Source: Candidatus Daviesbacteria bacterium | Lineage (GTDB): Bacteria > Patescibacteriota > Microgenomatia > Daviesbacterales > UBA10151 | Assembly (NCBI GenBank): GCA_016176405.1 | Contig: JACOXG010000010.1 | Coordinates: 33,078-97,077 of the forward strand | Length of the DNA stretch: 64,000 nt | Reading direction: 5' to 3' | Shown: positions 47,957 through 57,243 of the stretch, one piece after another | How positions within the stretch are numbered: position 1 is the stretch's first letter | How the letters are laid out: every line of letters starts with the position of its first letter | Position numbers and translations under genes: made by a program | The notes under the pieces: generated by a model | What the model was told of the DNA's origin: nothing | Databases searched by the model: none | The model's input: only the letters and a program-made list of their open reading frames with translations

Positions 47957-48153
47957 CAAAAGATGAGTTTTTGAAGCGTTATCATGTATACCAAGTCTCT
48001 ACTAAAGAAGAAGCTGAAAAAGAAATCGAGCAGATGGAAATTGTTAAAGATTGCATTATTGTTCCAGTTGGATTTGAAGGTTTAGGTTGGTGCTTAATGC
48101 TGAAAACGGCAGCTGATTATTTAGGTGAACTGGGAATAGCTGCAAATAGATAA
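47953..48153 (+). CDS. hypothetical protein
   Basis: ORF only. Confidence 0.3.
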   Translation: MTKDEFLKRYHVYQVSTKEEAEKEIEQMEIVKDCIIVPVGFEGLGWCLMLKTAADYLGELGIAANR

Positions 48154-48154
48154 G

Positions 48155-49726
48155 ATGAAAACAATATTATTTAAAGACAAAGCAAGAAAAGAACTTTTTG
48201 AAGGCATTAAAGTTCTATATGATGCTGTAAAATTCACTTTAGGCCCAAAAGGTAGAAATGCTGTTTTGCAAATGAGAACTGGCTATCCAAATATTTGTAG
48301 TGATGGGGCGACAATACTAAAGGACTTGTCATTACCAGACAGAGCACAAAATGCGGGGATGCAAATAGTAAAAGAAGCATCACAAAAGACCAATGATGCT
48401 GTAGGAGATGGGACTACTACATCAACAGTTTTAGCCTATTGGCTAGTATATGAGGCTTTCAAAGCCTTAGAGGCAGGACATTCTCCGTTAGACATTAGAA
48501 ATGGAATTGAACACGCATTAAAGCTAGTGAAATATGACTTATCTAAAATGTCTGTTCCAGTTAATAGTACACTACAAATCCAGCAAATTGCAGCCTTGGC
48601 TTCTCATGATGAAGAAATGGGGCAAATGGTAGCTGATGTATTAGCGAGAGTTGGATTAAAGGGGACTGTAGTTGTAGAGGAAGCCAAAGTTTTAAAAGAT
48701 ATAGTTGAATATGTAGATGGTATGCAGATTGATAGGGGATATTTAACGGAAAACTTTGCTGCTTTATATAATCAGAATGAAGTAACATTAGACAATCCAT
48801 ATATTTTAATTACAGAGCAGCCTATTTCAAATCCAAATGATATGGCAGCAGTTCTAGATAAAGTAGTGCAGAGTGGGAAACAGAACTTATTAGTAATAGC
48901 CGAAGATGTTATTGGCCATGCTTTGTCAACGCTGTTAGTTAATGTGCAGAAGAGGACAGTAAATAGTCTAGCAATTAGAGCGCCAGCAATTGAATTTCGT
49001 AGGACTGATATGCTAGAAGATATTGCAGTATTTACTGGTGGGGTAATGATTTCTAAGGCTTCTGGTAGAAGTATTAAGAATATTGAATTGTCAGATTTAG
49101 GCAGAGCAGGCAGAGTAATATCAACTAGAGATATAACAACTATAATTGGGGGCAAGGGAGAAAAGCAGAAAATACAAAATAGAATTAGTCAAATAAGGGA
49201 TGCGGACAGTAGAGAGAAGTCGCAATTCGACAAGGATTTGTATAAGGATCGTATTGCACACTTGTCTAGTGGTATAGCAGTAATCAAAGTGGGTGGAATA
49301 TCTGATGTAGATGTCCGAGAACGAAAAAGTAGAGTAGATGATGCTCTTGGCGCAACAAAGGCTGCAATGGAAGAAGGCATAGTTCCTGGCGGTGGAGTAG
49401 CATTGATACAAGCTTGTTCTCTATTAGATAATTTAAGACTAACAAATACACAGGATAGCCTTGGAGTTAAAGTATTCTACAATGCATTACAGCATCCATT
49501 ATGGTTAATTGCAGATAATTCAGGATATAATAACGGGGAATATGTTATAGAAGTAGTAAAGAAAAAGCAGACTGGTTATGATGCTTTTACAGGAGAATTT
49601 TGTGATGCAATAGAGAGAGGGATAGTAGACCCTACAAAGGTTGTTCGAGTAGCATTGGAAAACGCAGTTAGTGTTGCTTTTATATTGTTGACTACAGAAG
49701 CAGTTGTAGCAATCAAGGAGGAATAA
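48155..49726 (+). CDS. GroEL-like chaperonin (Cpn60 family)
   Basis: 'AVKFTLGPKGRNAVL', 'DAVGDGTTTSTVLA' and 'VPGGGVALIQA' match GroEL signature blocks. Confidence 0.8.
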   Translation: MKTILFKDKARKELFEGIKVLYDAVKFTLGPKGRNAVLQMRTGYPNICSDGATILKDLSLPDRAQNAGMQIVKEASQKTNDAVGDGTTTSTVLAYWLVYEAFKALEAGHSPLDIRNGIEHALKLVKYDLSKMSVPVNSTLQIQQIAALASHDEEMGQMVADVLARVGLKGTVVVEEAKVLKDIVEYVDGMQIDRGYLTENFAALYNQNEVTLDNPYILITEQPISNPNDMAAVLDKVVQSGKQNLLVIAEDVIGHALSTLLVNVQKRTVNSLAIRAPAIEFRRTDMLEDIAVFTGGVMISKASGRSIKNIELSDLGRAGRVISTRDITTIIGGKGEKQKIQNRISQIRDADSREKSQFDKDLYKDRIAHLSSGIAVIKVGGISDVDVRERKSRVDDALGATKAAMEEGIVPGGGVALIQACSLLDNLRLTNTQDSLGVKVFYNALQHPLWLIADNSGYNNGEYVIEVVKKKQTGYDAFTGEFCDAIERGIVDPTKVVRVALENAVSVAFILLTTEAVVAIKEE

Positions 49727-49728
49727 CA

Positions 49729-50343
49729 ATGGAATATCCAAAAATAGAAACATTATTTGATAGGGATAAAGACACATTTAAGGTTGATACAAGTAAATGG
49801 AGACTCCCAGAATTTGAGTATCTTCAAAATAATGAATGGCTTGTAACAGAAAAAATAGATGGGACAAATATACGAGTTATGTGGGATGGACAAAAAGTAG
49901 TGTTTGGTGGTAGAACTGACAATGCCAATCTATCAGCTTCTTTGGTAACTAGACTCCAAGAATTGTTCCCAGTAGAAAAATTCCAACTAAATTATCCTAA
50001 TGTATCCATGACTTTATATGGAGAGGGATACGGGGCAGGAATTCAAAAGGGTGGTGGAAATTATCTTCCAGATGGGAAGGATTTTATTTTGTTTGATGTG
50101 CTAATAAAGGACTATTGGCTATTGCAAGATGATATGAATGGCATAGCATCTAAACTGCAAATTAAGACTGTGCCATTTTTAGGGAAATATAATTTGAATG
50201 TTGTTACAAATATGGTGAAGTTAGGATTAGTTTCTACTTTTGGGTCATTTAAAGCTGAAGGTGTGGTAGTGAAGACTCCAGTTGGTCTATATTCTAGGTA
50301 CAATCAAAGACTTGTCGGGAAGTTAAAAGCGACAGATTTATAA
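49729..50343 (+). CDS. ATP-dependent RNA/DNA ligase-family nucleotidyltransferase (minimal Rnl-like)
   Basis: Motif I 'KIDGTN', motif III 'TLYGEGYG', motif IV 'FILFDV', motif V 'EGVVVK'. Confidence 0.55.
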   Translation: MEYPKIETLFDRDKDTFKVDTSKWRLPEFEYLQNNEWLVTEKIDGTNIRVMWDGQKVVFGGRTDNANLSASLVTRLQELFPVEKFQLNYPNVSMTLYGEGYGAGIQKGGGNYLPDGKDFILFDVLIKDYWLLQDDMNGIASKLQIKTVPFLGKYNLNVVTNMVKLGLVSTFGSFKAEGVVVKTPVGLYSRYNQRLVGKLKATDL

Positions 50344-50409
50344 TGACAATAAAGGAGTTGGAATGAACGACTTATTGAAGTATCTCAATAGCCCTAGAAA
50401 TATAAGGGA

Positions 50410-51066
50410 ATGGTTACTGCTTTGGATTCCTATCTGGTTATTATGTATTGGGATTGGTTTATCAATAGCATCAGTTTTGAGACATTTGCTATGACAATTG
50501 AACAAACAGTGTCTGAAATGTGGGGCAAGGATTATCAATTATTTGGATTAAATGACCCGTTCAATCCGAATAATTTTGTAGAAGGATTTCTTTGTACAAG
50601 AGCAGCTAATGATTATGGTTCGTTGATGATTTCAAAGGTCAATGGAACCAAATGCCCCCAACTAATTCAAGGGACTCCAAAACTACATTATCCATTTGAT
50701 AAAAATGGTAATTGGAATTTTCCGTCTGCTAGAAAAATTCTAGTCTATGAAAAGCTTGATGGAACAAATGTTGTTCAGTATGTCTATGGAGATAAAAAAC
50801 AGACATATACTTCGTATAAGACAAGACTAAGGCCGTTTCTTTCTGATGGTCGTTTTGGAGATTTCTTTGGTATGTGGCAAGATATGTTGAAGAAATATCC
50901 AAATATCAATAAGATCGCAGAGACAGGAGTAGCATATAGTTTTGAGCTGTATGGATATTTGAATCGTCATTTGATTGAATATTCTGTAGGTTTGGATTGC
51001 GCTTTATTGTTCATTAGATACCATTCAATATATCCACCAACTAAATTTGACATTTTTTCGCAGTAA
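50410..51066 (+). CDS. second ligase-like nucleotidyltransferase (motif I 'KLDGTN'), possibly truncated or frameshifted at its 3' end
   Basis: 'YEKLDGTNVVQY' and 'SFELYG'. A 35-codon continuation lies in another frame at 51069-51176. Confidence 0.4.
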   Translation: MVTALDSYLVIMYWDWFINSISFETFAMTIEQTVSEMWGKDYQLFGLNDPFNPNNFVEGFLCTRAANDYGSLMISKVNGTKCPQLIQGTPKLHYPFDKNGNWNFPSARKILVYEKLDGTNVVQYVYGDKKQTYTSYKTRLRPFLSDGRFGDFFGMWQDMLKKYPNINKIAETGVAYSFELYGYLNRHLIEYSVGLDCALLFIRYHSIYPPTKFDIFSQ

Positions 51067-51194
51067 AGATTTTCCTGTCCCAGTCTGCAAATTATTAACT
51101 AAGATAGACAAAGACTATGTTTGGAATTATGGTGAACAAAAGAAAGTGATGTCTTCTAAGCTAAAAGAGTAATGGATTTAAGCTAAGGTTAGAG

Positions 51195-51803
51195 ATGATG
51201 GACGAGAAGAATAGACAAGCAATAATAGATTATTTTAGACAAATTCGTCCTAGAAGAACTATAGCTAGAATTCAAGTTCAGGGGACATTTATTGCGTGTG
51301 AATTTGACAATGGAACTCGTTGGGAAGTTCGATCAGCTGATATTCCAATAGATTATTCTAGCAGGGACTTAGAAGTAATTGATTTAGCATATTCAGAAAA
51401 AATTTCTCCTGGTGATTTTGCTGATGCTATGGAGAATCTATCTTGGAAGCAATTAAATGAATTTAAGAGATATTGGGAGAATCAATATCCAACTTTAAAA
51501 ATTGACATTAATTCCAAAATTACAAATGAGACAGAATTGTTTCAGTCTACAGTATGTAAATTTTTAAATATTTCATTAGAAGAATTTATGGCTCAGTATG
51601 GAAAAAAGAAGACCGAAGCTATGATCGAAGGGGTCGGAGCCTGGAAACCACTAAAAAATGATGAAGCATTTGAATCAATGTATACAATGGAGCCTAAGTG
51701 GGAGAAACCTATAGGTTGGACACAAAGGGCTAAGAAAGAGATGACAGAGGAAGAGAATATTGAAATTGTAGATAACCAGAAGCGTAAAATCATTCTAGAT
51801 TAG
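51195..51803 (+). CDS. hypothetical protein with shared C-terminal tag (..VDNQKRKIILD)
   Basis: C-terminal peptide shared with 60227..60781 and four others. Confidence 0.4.
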   Translation: MMDEKNRQAIIDYFRQIRPRRTIARIQVQGTFIACEFDNGTRWEVRSADIPIDYSSRDLEVIDLAYSEKISPGDFADAMENLSWKQLNEFKRYWENQYPTLKIDINSKITNETELFQSTVCKFLNISLEEFMAQYGKKKTEAMIEGVGAWKPLKNDEAFESMYTMEPKWEKPIGWTQRAKKEMTEEENIEIVDNQKRKIILD

Positions 51804-51836
51804 AGCGCTCTCAAAAAAGAATATAATATATGTAGA

Positions 51837-52355
51837 ATGGCAATTCTCAAAATAGTAATTCTCTCGGCAACACTGGCATTCTTAGCCCAGTTTGTAGCTG
51901 TAGGGTCTCCTAATTTTGTAGAAGTGAATGAGTCGGCATTGGTTTTACTACGAGATCGCTATCCAACTATGTTTGAACTAGTTATGTATAATGTTATAGA
52001 GAACATAGAATGGACATCCGATGCTGACCAGATACCAGGCTGGAAAGTCGGTGCAGATTATATCATGTTGCCAGATGATGGCAATGCAGATATTGTTATG
52101 GCAGGAAGGTTGGCACATGAAGCTATGCATATCTTGCTCTGGAAAAACTGTATTCAGCCTGGTGGTGCATGGGGCGAGGAGTTTGCCATTTATCAGGAGA
52201 CAGTCACGCTAAGAAAATTAAATCGTTTTGGTGAATATAATGGAGTTGAAGATTATATTCAGTCACTACAGAAAGCCATTGGCACACACGGTAAAGGGAC
52301 AGAGATAGTATCTCTACCCGCATATTGTGAAGGTGGAATTGCATTAGTTAAATAA
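51837..52355 (+). CDS. secreted HExxH zinc metallopeptidase-like protein
   Basis: N-terminal signal peptide 'MAILKIVILSATLAFLAQFVAVG' and 'LAHEAMHILLW' (HExxH). Confidence 0.45.
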   Translation: MAILKIVILSATLAFLAQFVAVGSPNFVEVNESALVLLRDRYPTMFELVMYNVIENIEWTSDADQIPGWKVGADYIMLPDDGNADIVMAGRLAHEAMHILLWKNCIQPGGAWGEEFAIYQETVTLRKLNRFGEYNGVEDYIQSLQKAIGTHGKGTEIVSLPAYCEGGIALVK

Positions 52356-52393
52356 GTTTTAAGGAAGATGCTATTAGAACTATCTAATTGTTT

Positions 52394-52424
52394 GCCTCTA
52401 GTAAAAATTTAAAATACTGGAGGC
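52394..52424 (+). terminator. hairpin (candidate terminator) immediately upstream of the promoter cassette
   Basis: GCCTCTAGTA / TACTGGAGGC is a 10-bp stem with one G-U, extendable by TTT/AAA. T-rich sequence follows after the cassette begins. Confidence 0.4.
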
Positions 52425-52454
52425 AAAAACATTTTCTTTCAATATAATATAATT
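52425..52454 (+). promoter_or_regulatory. conserved phage promoter cassette
   Basis: AAAAACATTTTCTTTCAATATAATATAATT. Confidence 0.55.
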
Positions 52455-52462
52455 AATCTATC

Positions 52463-52648
52463 TTGAAAGGGGAGAAAAGAAAAGTGCAGTTAACTAAAGT
52501 AGTGTATCCATACAACCCATATCAGTATGAATGTCAGTATTGCTCCCGAAGATTAGGTCATTCTCAGAAAGTTCATGACACAGTAGTATCAAAGAACAAC
52601 TATTATTCTCTTGTAATTGATAGGGTAATGAGAAGGAAGTGGGCATAA
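52463..52648 (+). CDS. small hypothetical protein (start more likely the GTG at 52484)
   Basis: Downstream of the promoter cassette. 'CQYCSRRLGH'. Confidence 0.35.
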   Translation: MKGEKRKVQLTKVVYPYNPYQYECQYCSRRLGHSQKVHDTVVSKNNYYSLVIDRVMRRKWA

Positions 52649-52926
52649 TAAGGAGAATGTATCCGATGCTTCAGTATGAGGTAATAGCAGAGTTTAGGTC
52701 AAAGACTAAGCCTGGGAAATGTTACATAGTTAAGAAAAGATTAGACACCGGAATGCTAACTTGCAATTGCCCAGCTTGGATTTTCAATAAATATGAGGAT
52801 AGAACTTGCTATCATACATTAAAGTTAATGGCAAGTGGGGCATTGCAGTCACAGCAGCAAAATCAAGTTATTGATAGAATTGAGGCTGTCAATTCAGGAA
52901 GGAGAGTATTGATACTAGATGAGTAA
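52639..52926 (+). CDS. SWIM-type zinc-finger protein
   Basis: 'CNCPAWIFNKYEDRTCYH' fits CxCx(n)CxH. Confidence 0.35.
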   Translation: MGIIRRMYPMLQYEVIAEFRSKTKPGKCYIVKKRLDTGMLTCNCPAWIFNKYEDRTCYHTLKLMASGALQSQQQNQVIDRIEAVNSGRRVLILDE

Positions 52927-53119
52927 AAAGACGAGTTTTGAGGTTATAATGAAACGAAGCCATTACACAAGTTATTTTATTGAGGTCGAAACAGAAGAGG
53001 ATGCTGAAGTCTTAGTAAAAGATGGTAACGGGACGTTTGGGGCTGATTGGGAAAGCCTGGAGGAAGAAGTGTATGCGGTGCTCTGTCCCCCAAAATCTTT
53101 TTCTTCAAATAAATTATAA
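52919..53119 (+). CDS. hypothetical protein
   Basis: ORF only. Confidence 0.3.
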   Translation: MSKKTSFEVIMKRSHYTSYFIEVETEEDAEVLVKDGNGTFGADWESLEEEVYAVLCPPKSFSSNKL

Positions 53120-53289
53120 TTATATTATCTTAAATAGGGGGGTTTTATGAGAAAAGGCAAATGTTATATTTGTGGAAAAATATCTAAGTTATATCTTGAT
53201 TATGGCGGACCAGGAAAAGTAAAAGGCTATTGTCTAAAATGCTCAAATAAAAATAGAAATCTAGCCTAAAATTAGCTTTAAAAATAATA

Positions 53290-54849
53290 GTGGAGAATAG
53301 AAAAGTGACAAATAAGTTCCAGTCTACTTTAGCCGCATATAATAAGGCGTCATATGCCTTGATATATTGCAAGACACCAGAAGAGCTAAGGGCAACACAA
53401 TCAATTCAAAAACTTTCTTTTGAGCTTGGCAGAACATTTGGTTTATGGTCTGTGACTAAGGGATGGAGACTTTTCGGTAATAAGACTAAATTTGGGCAGG
53501 TTACTGAAGTTTTTGATATTACTGACCCAGTCGAGGCTATGAAGAAAGTATCCACTTTTCCAAAAGGGGCTGGTATCTATGTGCTAATCAATTTCCACCC
53601 ATTCATGAAAAGCCCAGAGGCAATTCAGCTATTGAAAGATACAGCCGAAACTTGTCGAGAGGATAATGTCACTCTTGTATTTGTGTCCAATGTAATGGAA
53701 ATTCCAACAGAGCTCTCTAGGGATTTCACTCAGCTAGATTTTTCATTGCCAGATGAAGAGGAGCTTGAGAGCAGACTAAATGAGATAGCCAAAAATGCCC
53801 CTACTGTGAAATTGCCTGCTGACGTCTCTCCGTTAATAGACGCGGGCAAAGGGATGACAGGATCAGAATATTCTGATGCCCTTGCAAGTATGTTGGTAAA
53901 GGAGAAGAAATATAATCCTTCAAGTGTTCTATTGGAAAAAGTGAAAATCCTTGAGAAGGCATCTATTAGATACTACAATTCAAGTCTGAATCTAAATGAT
54001 GTTGGTGGACTTGAGAACTTGAAGAAGTGGGCAGTATCCGTTAAGCCAACATTTGGAACAAAGGCAAAGACTGCTGGAGTAAAGCCGCCAAAGGGAGTAT
54101 TGTTAGTTGGAGTTCCTGGCTGCGGAAAGAGCTATGTTATGAAGGCTATGTCTTCGGCTTGGGGAATTCCATTGCTATGGGGAGATATATCAGCAGCATA
54201 TTCTAAGTTTCTTGGGGAGACAGAGGAGCGAATGAAATATATGTTTGAGGTGTCCAGAATAATGTCTCCTTGTATATTGGGAATTGATGAATTGGAAAAG
54301 AGCATTGCTGGATATGAAGGTGGGGGGCAAACAAGTGGGGGTGTCCCAAATAGAGTGCTAGGAATTATGTTGACAGAGATGCAAGAGTCTGACTCATCAG
54401 TAGTAATAGTAGCCACAGCAAATGAAGCATGGAAGCTGCCTGCCCCGCTTGTCAGAAGGTTCGATGAAGTATTCTTTGTAGACCTCCCTAGTGACCCAGA
54501 GAGGAAGGACATATTTAAGATTCATTTGGCAAAGGTAAAAGCCAGCAATGATATGGATATAGAGCATCTATCAAAAATAACAGAAGGATTCTCTGGGGCT
54601 GAAATAGAGAAGGTATGTCGAAAGGCTCAAATTGCAGCCTTCGGAATGAACCAGAAGATTAGCCAGAACTATGTTGTTACAGCAGTGAATGGGATAGTCC
54701 CAGTCAGTACGTCAATGGCTGAAGAAGTAACAGCTATTAGAAAGTGGGCAGAGGCAAGAGCGGTGCCAGCATCAAAGATTCAGGCATATGATATTACTAA
54801 GGGTAGACGGGCACTTGATCTTAGCGATGGCCCAACAATTATGGCATAG
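53290..54849 (+). CDS. AAA+ ATPase (classic AAA clade) with the C-terminal tag ..RRALDLS 8 aa before its end
   Basis: Walker A 'GVPGCGKSY', Walker B 'ILGIDELEKS', SRH 'LPAPLVRRFDEVFFVDLP'. Confidence 0.75.
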   Translation: MENRKVTNKFQSTLAAYNKASYALIYCKTPEELRATQSIQKLSFELGRTFGLWSVTKGWRLFGNKTKFGQVTEVFDITDPVEAMKKVSTFPKGAGIYVLINFHPFMKSPEAIQLLKDTAETCREDNVTLVFVSNVMEIPTELSRDFTQLDFSLPDEEELESRLNEIAKNAPTVKLPADVSPLIDAGKGMTGSEYSDALASMLVKEKKYNPSSVLLEKVKILEKASIRYYNSSLNLNDVGGLENLKKWAVSVKPTFGTKAKTAGVKPPKGVLLVGVPGCGKSYVMKAMSSAWGIPLLWGDISAAYSKFLGETEERMKYMFEVSRIMSPCILGIDELEKSIAGYEGGGQTSGGVPNRVLGIMLTEMQESDSSVVIVATANEAWKLPAPLVRRFDEVFFVDLPSDPERKDIFKIHLAKVKASNDMDIEHLSKITEGFSGAEIEKVCRKAQIAAFGMNQKISQNYVVTAVNGIVPVSTSMAEEVTAIRKWAEARAVPASKIQAYDITKGRRALDLSDGPTIMA

Positions 54850-54879
54850 AAAAACATTTTCTTTCAATATAATATAATT
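54850..54879 (+). promoter_or_regulatory. conserved phage promoter cassette
   Basis: AAAAACATTTTCTTTCAATATAATATAATT. Confidence 0.55.
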
Positions 54880-54908
54880 TAAATGTCAAGGGAGCGAAGG
54901 AGAGACAA

Positions 54909-55088
54909 ATGGTAAATAGAGACGAGAAATTAGCCCATATTTTTAGCCAGCTTTTGAAATTAGGGGATAGTAATCTGGATTGGGCATTGTCAGAAGTTCA
55001 AAAAATTATTGACAAGCAAAGTATGGATGCTTGGGATGCTGAAACAGATGAAGGATTTAAGCCACCTCTGAGTTTAACAAATTAGAAA
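54909..55088 (+). CDS. small hypothetical protein (59 aa, below the ORF-track cutoff)
   Basis: ATG 31 nt downstream of the promoter cassette, preceded by AAGGAG. Hand-translated as MVNRDEKLAHIFSQ...SLTN. Confidence 0.4.
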
Positions 55089-55119
55089 GCCTAAGAAAAG
55101 CATAATAGGAGAATAGAAA

Positions 55120-55974
55120 ATGTTAGAAAAGATTTGGAAAGATGGTGTTGCACTATCAGTAGATGTTCGGCTTTGGGGAGGGGATGCAGCGCTTGACCCA
55201 GAAGATGTAGGTTTGAGTAGTGTTGATGTACCTCAGGATTTATTCCAAATGGGCAGAAAGAGACTAGTCCCAAAGCTAAGCATGTCTAATCTCGTGGCAT
55301 ATAGGATGAAGACCAGGAATGTATTATTCAGGTACAGTTTTCCAATGCCATTTGGGGATACGTGGTTTGTCCCTTGGACGAATGTGAAGGAAGTAGTAGA
55401 TTGGTTAAAGGAGACACAATCACAGTTCTATAAGGATACAGATAAATTTTTATCTGAGTATGATACTCTGAGAGAGTCCTTTTTGGCAGAGCATGAACAA
55501 TACAGGAAAGTGTTAGAGCCTTTCTATCCATCACAGAAAAGACTTTCAAATAAGTTTTATTTCAAATACAGTCTTTTTGAACTGTCTGTTCCTCGGACTG
55601 GGGTGCTATCAGCAGAAGATGCACAGAGAGTAGACCAGGAGACAGATAATTTTTTGAAGCAAGTTACTACTCAATTGAGACAACAAGCAGGAGATGCAGC
55701 TTCAAAGTTAGCTGCTACTCTTGAAAAGGATTCAGCCACAAAGGCCAGCTTAAAGTCTGCTCAAAACATGGTGGAAAGATTTAAGAGCTTGAACTTTGTC
55801 AAAGACACAAAGATGGAGAATGCTTTGAATCTTTTGAATGCTGCTCTTTCAGTTGGCCTTGATAATCCAGAGCTAGTGGAAGCAGCAAAAGGAGTTGTGG
55901 TAGAGGCAAGAGTTAATGGTAACACAGTCAATGAGATTGTAGGAAGTTATAAGAGAGCGTTAGATTTAAGTTAA
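55120..55974 (+). CDS. hypothetical protein with C-terminal tag (..SYKRALDLS)
   Basis: Shared C-terminal peptide. Confidence 0.4.
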   Translation: MLEKIWKDGVALSVDVRLWGGDAALDPEDVGLSSVDVPQDLFQMGRKRLVPKLSMSNLVAYRMKTRNVLFRYSFPMPFGDTWFVPWTNVKEVVDWLKETQSQFYKDTDKFLSEYDTLRESFLAEHEQYRKVLEPFYPSQKRLSNKFYFKYSLFELSVPRTGVLSAEDAQRVDQETDNFLKQVTTQLRQQAGDAASKLAATLEKDSATKASLKSAQNMVERFKSLNFVKDTKMENALNLLNAALSVGLDNPELVEAAKGVVVEARVNGNTVNEIVGSYKRALDLS

Positions 55975-55986
55975 GGAAGGCATGAG

Positions 55987-56244
55987 ATGGCAAAGTATGA
56001 ATTATATGACCCAGAGAATAATAAAGAAGAAGAAATGCTTTTTGATGCAGAAGAAGAAATGGACTCATGTTTAGAGGAGTTAAAGGATGACTTGAGGGAA
56101 ATAGTAGATGCTTTTAACTTTAAGTTTAATGATTGGAAGGAAAAGCATAGAAAGTTGGGGGCTAGTGATACAGCAGTAAAAGAGAGCGTTCATATAAAAG
56201 TTAAGAGTATTTTTAGCAATAATCTGGGAAGGATTGACATCTAG
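55987..56244 (+). CDS. hypothetical acidic protein
   Basis: ORF only. Confidence 0.3.
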   Translation: MAKYELYDPENNKEEEMLFDAEEEMDSCLEELKDDLREIVDAFNFKFNDWKEKHRKLGASDTAVKESVHIKVKSIFSNNLGRIDI

Positions 56245-56260
56245 AAAGGAGTATAAATAA

Positions 56261-56566
56261 GTGCCTTGTGATTTGAGGATAAGAGTTAGAGCCTATGATA
56301 TGAACAGACTATATGACATCTGTTCAAGGATGGGACTACAGGTAACAAAGACATCTGGATACGTTCACATAAATGGTAGAGGGATAAATAAGGTCTATAA
56401 GGAGAATGACCTTCTTAATATGACTGATGCTGAGTTACAGTCAGGGCTTGGAAAAGCTATCCAAGAGTATTCCAAGCAGAAAACTTTAGAGGCTCTTAGG
56501 AAACAAGGACTAAAATTTCAGCAGAAGCAAGTAGAAGGGCGCATAGAGATAGTGGTGGAGAATTAA
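56261..56566 (+). CDS. hypothetical protein
   Basis: ORF only. Confidence 0.3.
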   Translation: MPCDLRIRVRAYDMNRLYDICSRMGLQVTKTSGYVHINGRGINKVYKENDLLNMTDAELQSGLGKAIQEYSKQKTLEALRKQGLKFQQKQVEGRIEIVVEN

Positions 56567-56713
56567 ACATGAAGTATGAAGTTATTGGAACTGTTTATGA
56601 GACTTGGGAAGAAGCTATTGAAGCAGAGTCCGCAGAAGAGGCTGAAAATCTAGCAGTTAGAAAAATTCAGCATGAATATACAATGTTTCATGTGAAGTAG
56701 TGAGGAAAGTTGA

Positions 56714-56896
56714 ATGAAATACAAAATTATTATCTATCCTGATGGGGGAGTAGAAGCTCAAGATCCTTCTGGCAGAGCAGTGTCTAAGAGTATGCCATGG
56801 CTAATAAAAGCTCTAGGAGAAATAGGAGAAGAGAAGCATCTATCAGGAAGTCATACTCATACAGAGAAGGAATCAATAGAAATTCAGAATGGCTAA
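56714..56896 (+). CDS. hypothetical protein
   Basis: ORF only. Confidence 0.25.
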   Translation: MKYKIIIYPDGGVEAQDPSGRAVSKSMPWLIKALGEIGEEKHLSGSHTHTEKESIEIQNG

Positions 56897-56919
56897 ATAT
56901 AGTCTAAAATAGATTTGTC

Positions 56920-57243
56920 ATGAGAAAAGGAATTCAAATGAAAGAAGTCGTGGAGGATGAGACCATGGAAGAGGTTGGGCTGCTTGTAACAACAGCATAC
57001 AAAGGGGTATTTTTTGGGTATGGCATCTTTTCGGATGCTGCCCAGATTACATTGAAGCGTGCCAGAATGTGTATCTATTGGCCAACAGGAGAAAAGGGAG
57101 TAATGGGATTAGCACTCGTAGGGCCGCTCCCAGGGGCTAAAATTGGGCCTGCTGTGCCATCCTTGATTTTGCGGGATGTAACTGCTGTCGTTATATGTAC
57201 GTCTAGTGCTATTGAGAAGTGGGAGAAGCCACCGTTATGGTAA
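56920..57243 (+). CDS. hypothetical protein
   Basis: ORF only. Confidence 0.3.
   Translation: MRKGIQMKEVVEDETMEEVGLLVTTAYKGVFFGYGIFSDAAQITLKRARMCIYWPTGEKGVMGLALVGPLPGAKIGPAVPSLILRDVTAVVICTSSAIEKWEKPPLW

Noticed and set aside
51803-51816. Palindrome AGAGCGCTCT as a terminator
   Set aside because: It is followed by an A-run rather than a T-run on the coding strand, so it is not a convincing + strand intrinsic terminator. It could be a protein-binding site.
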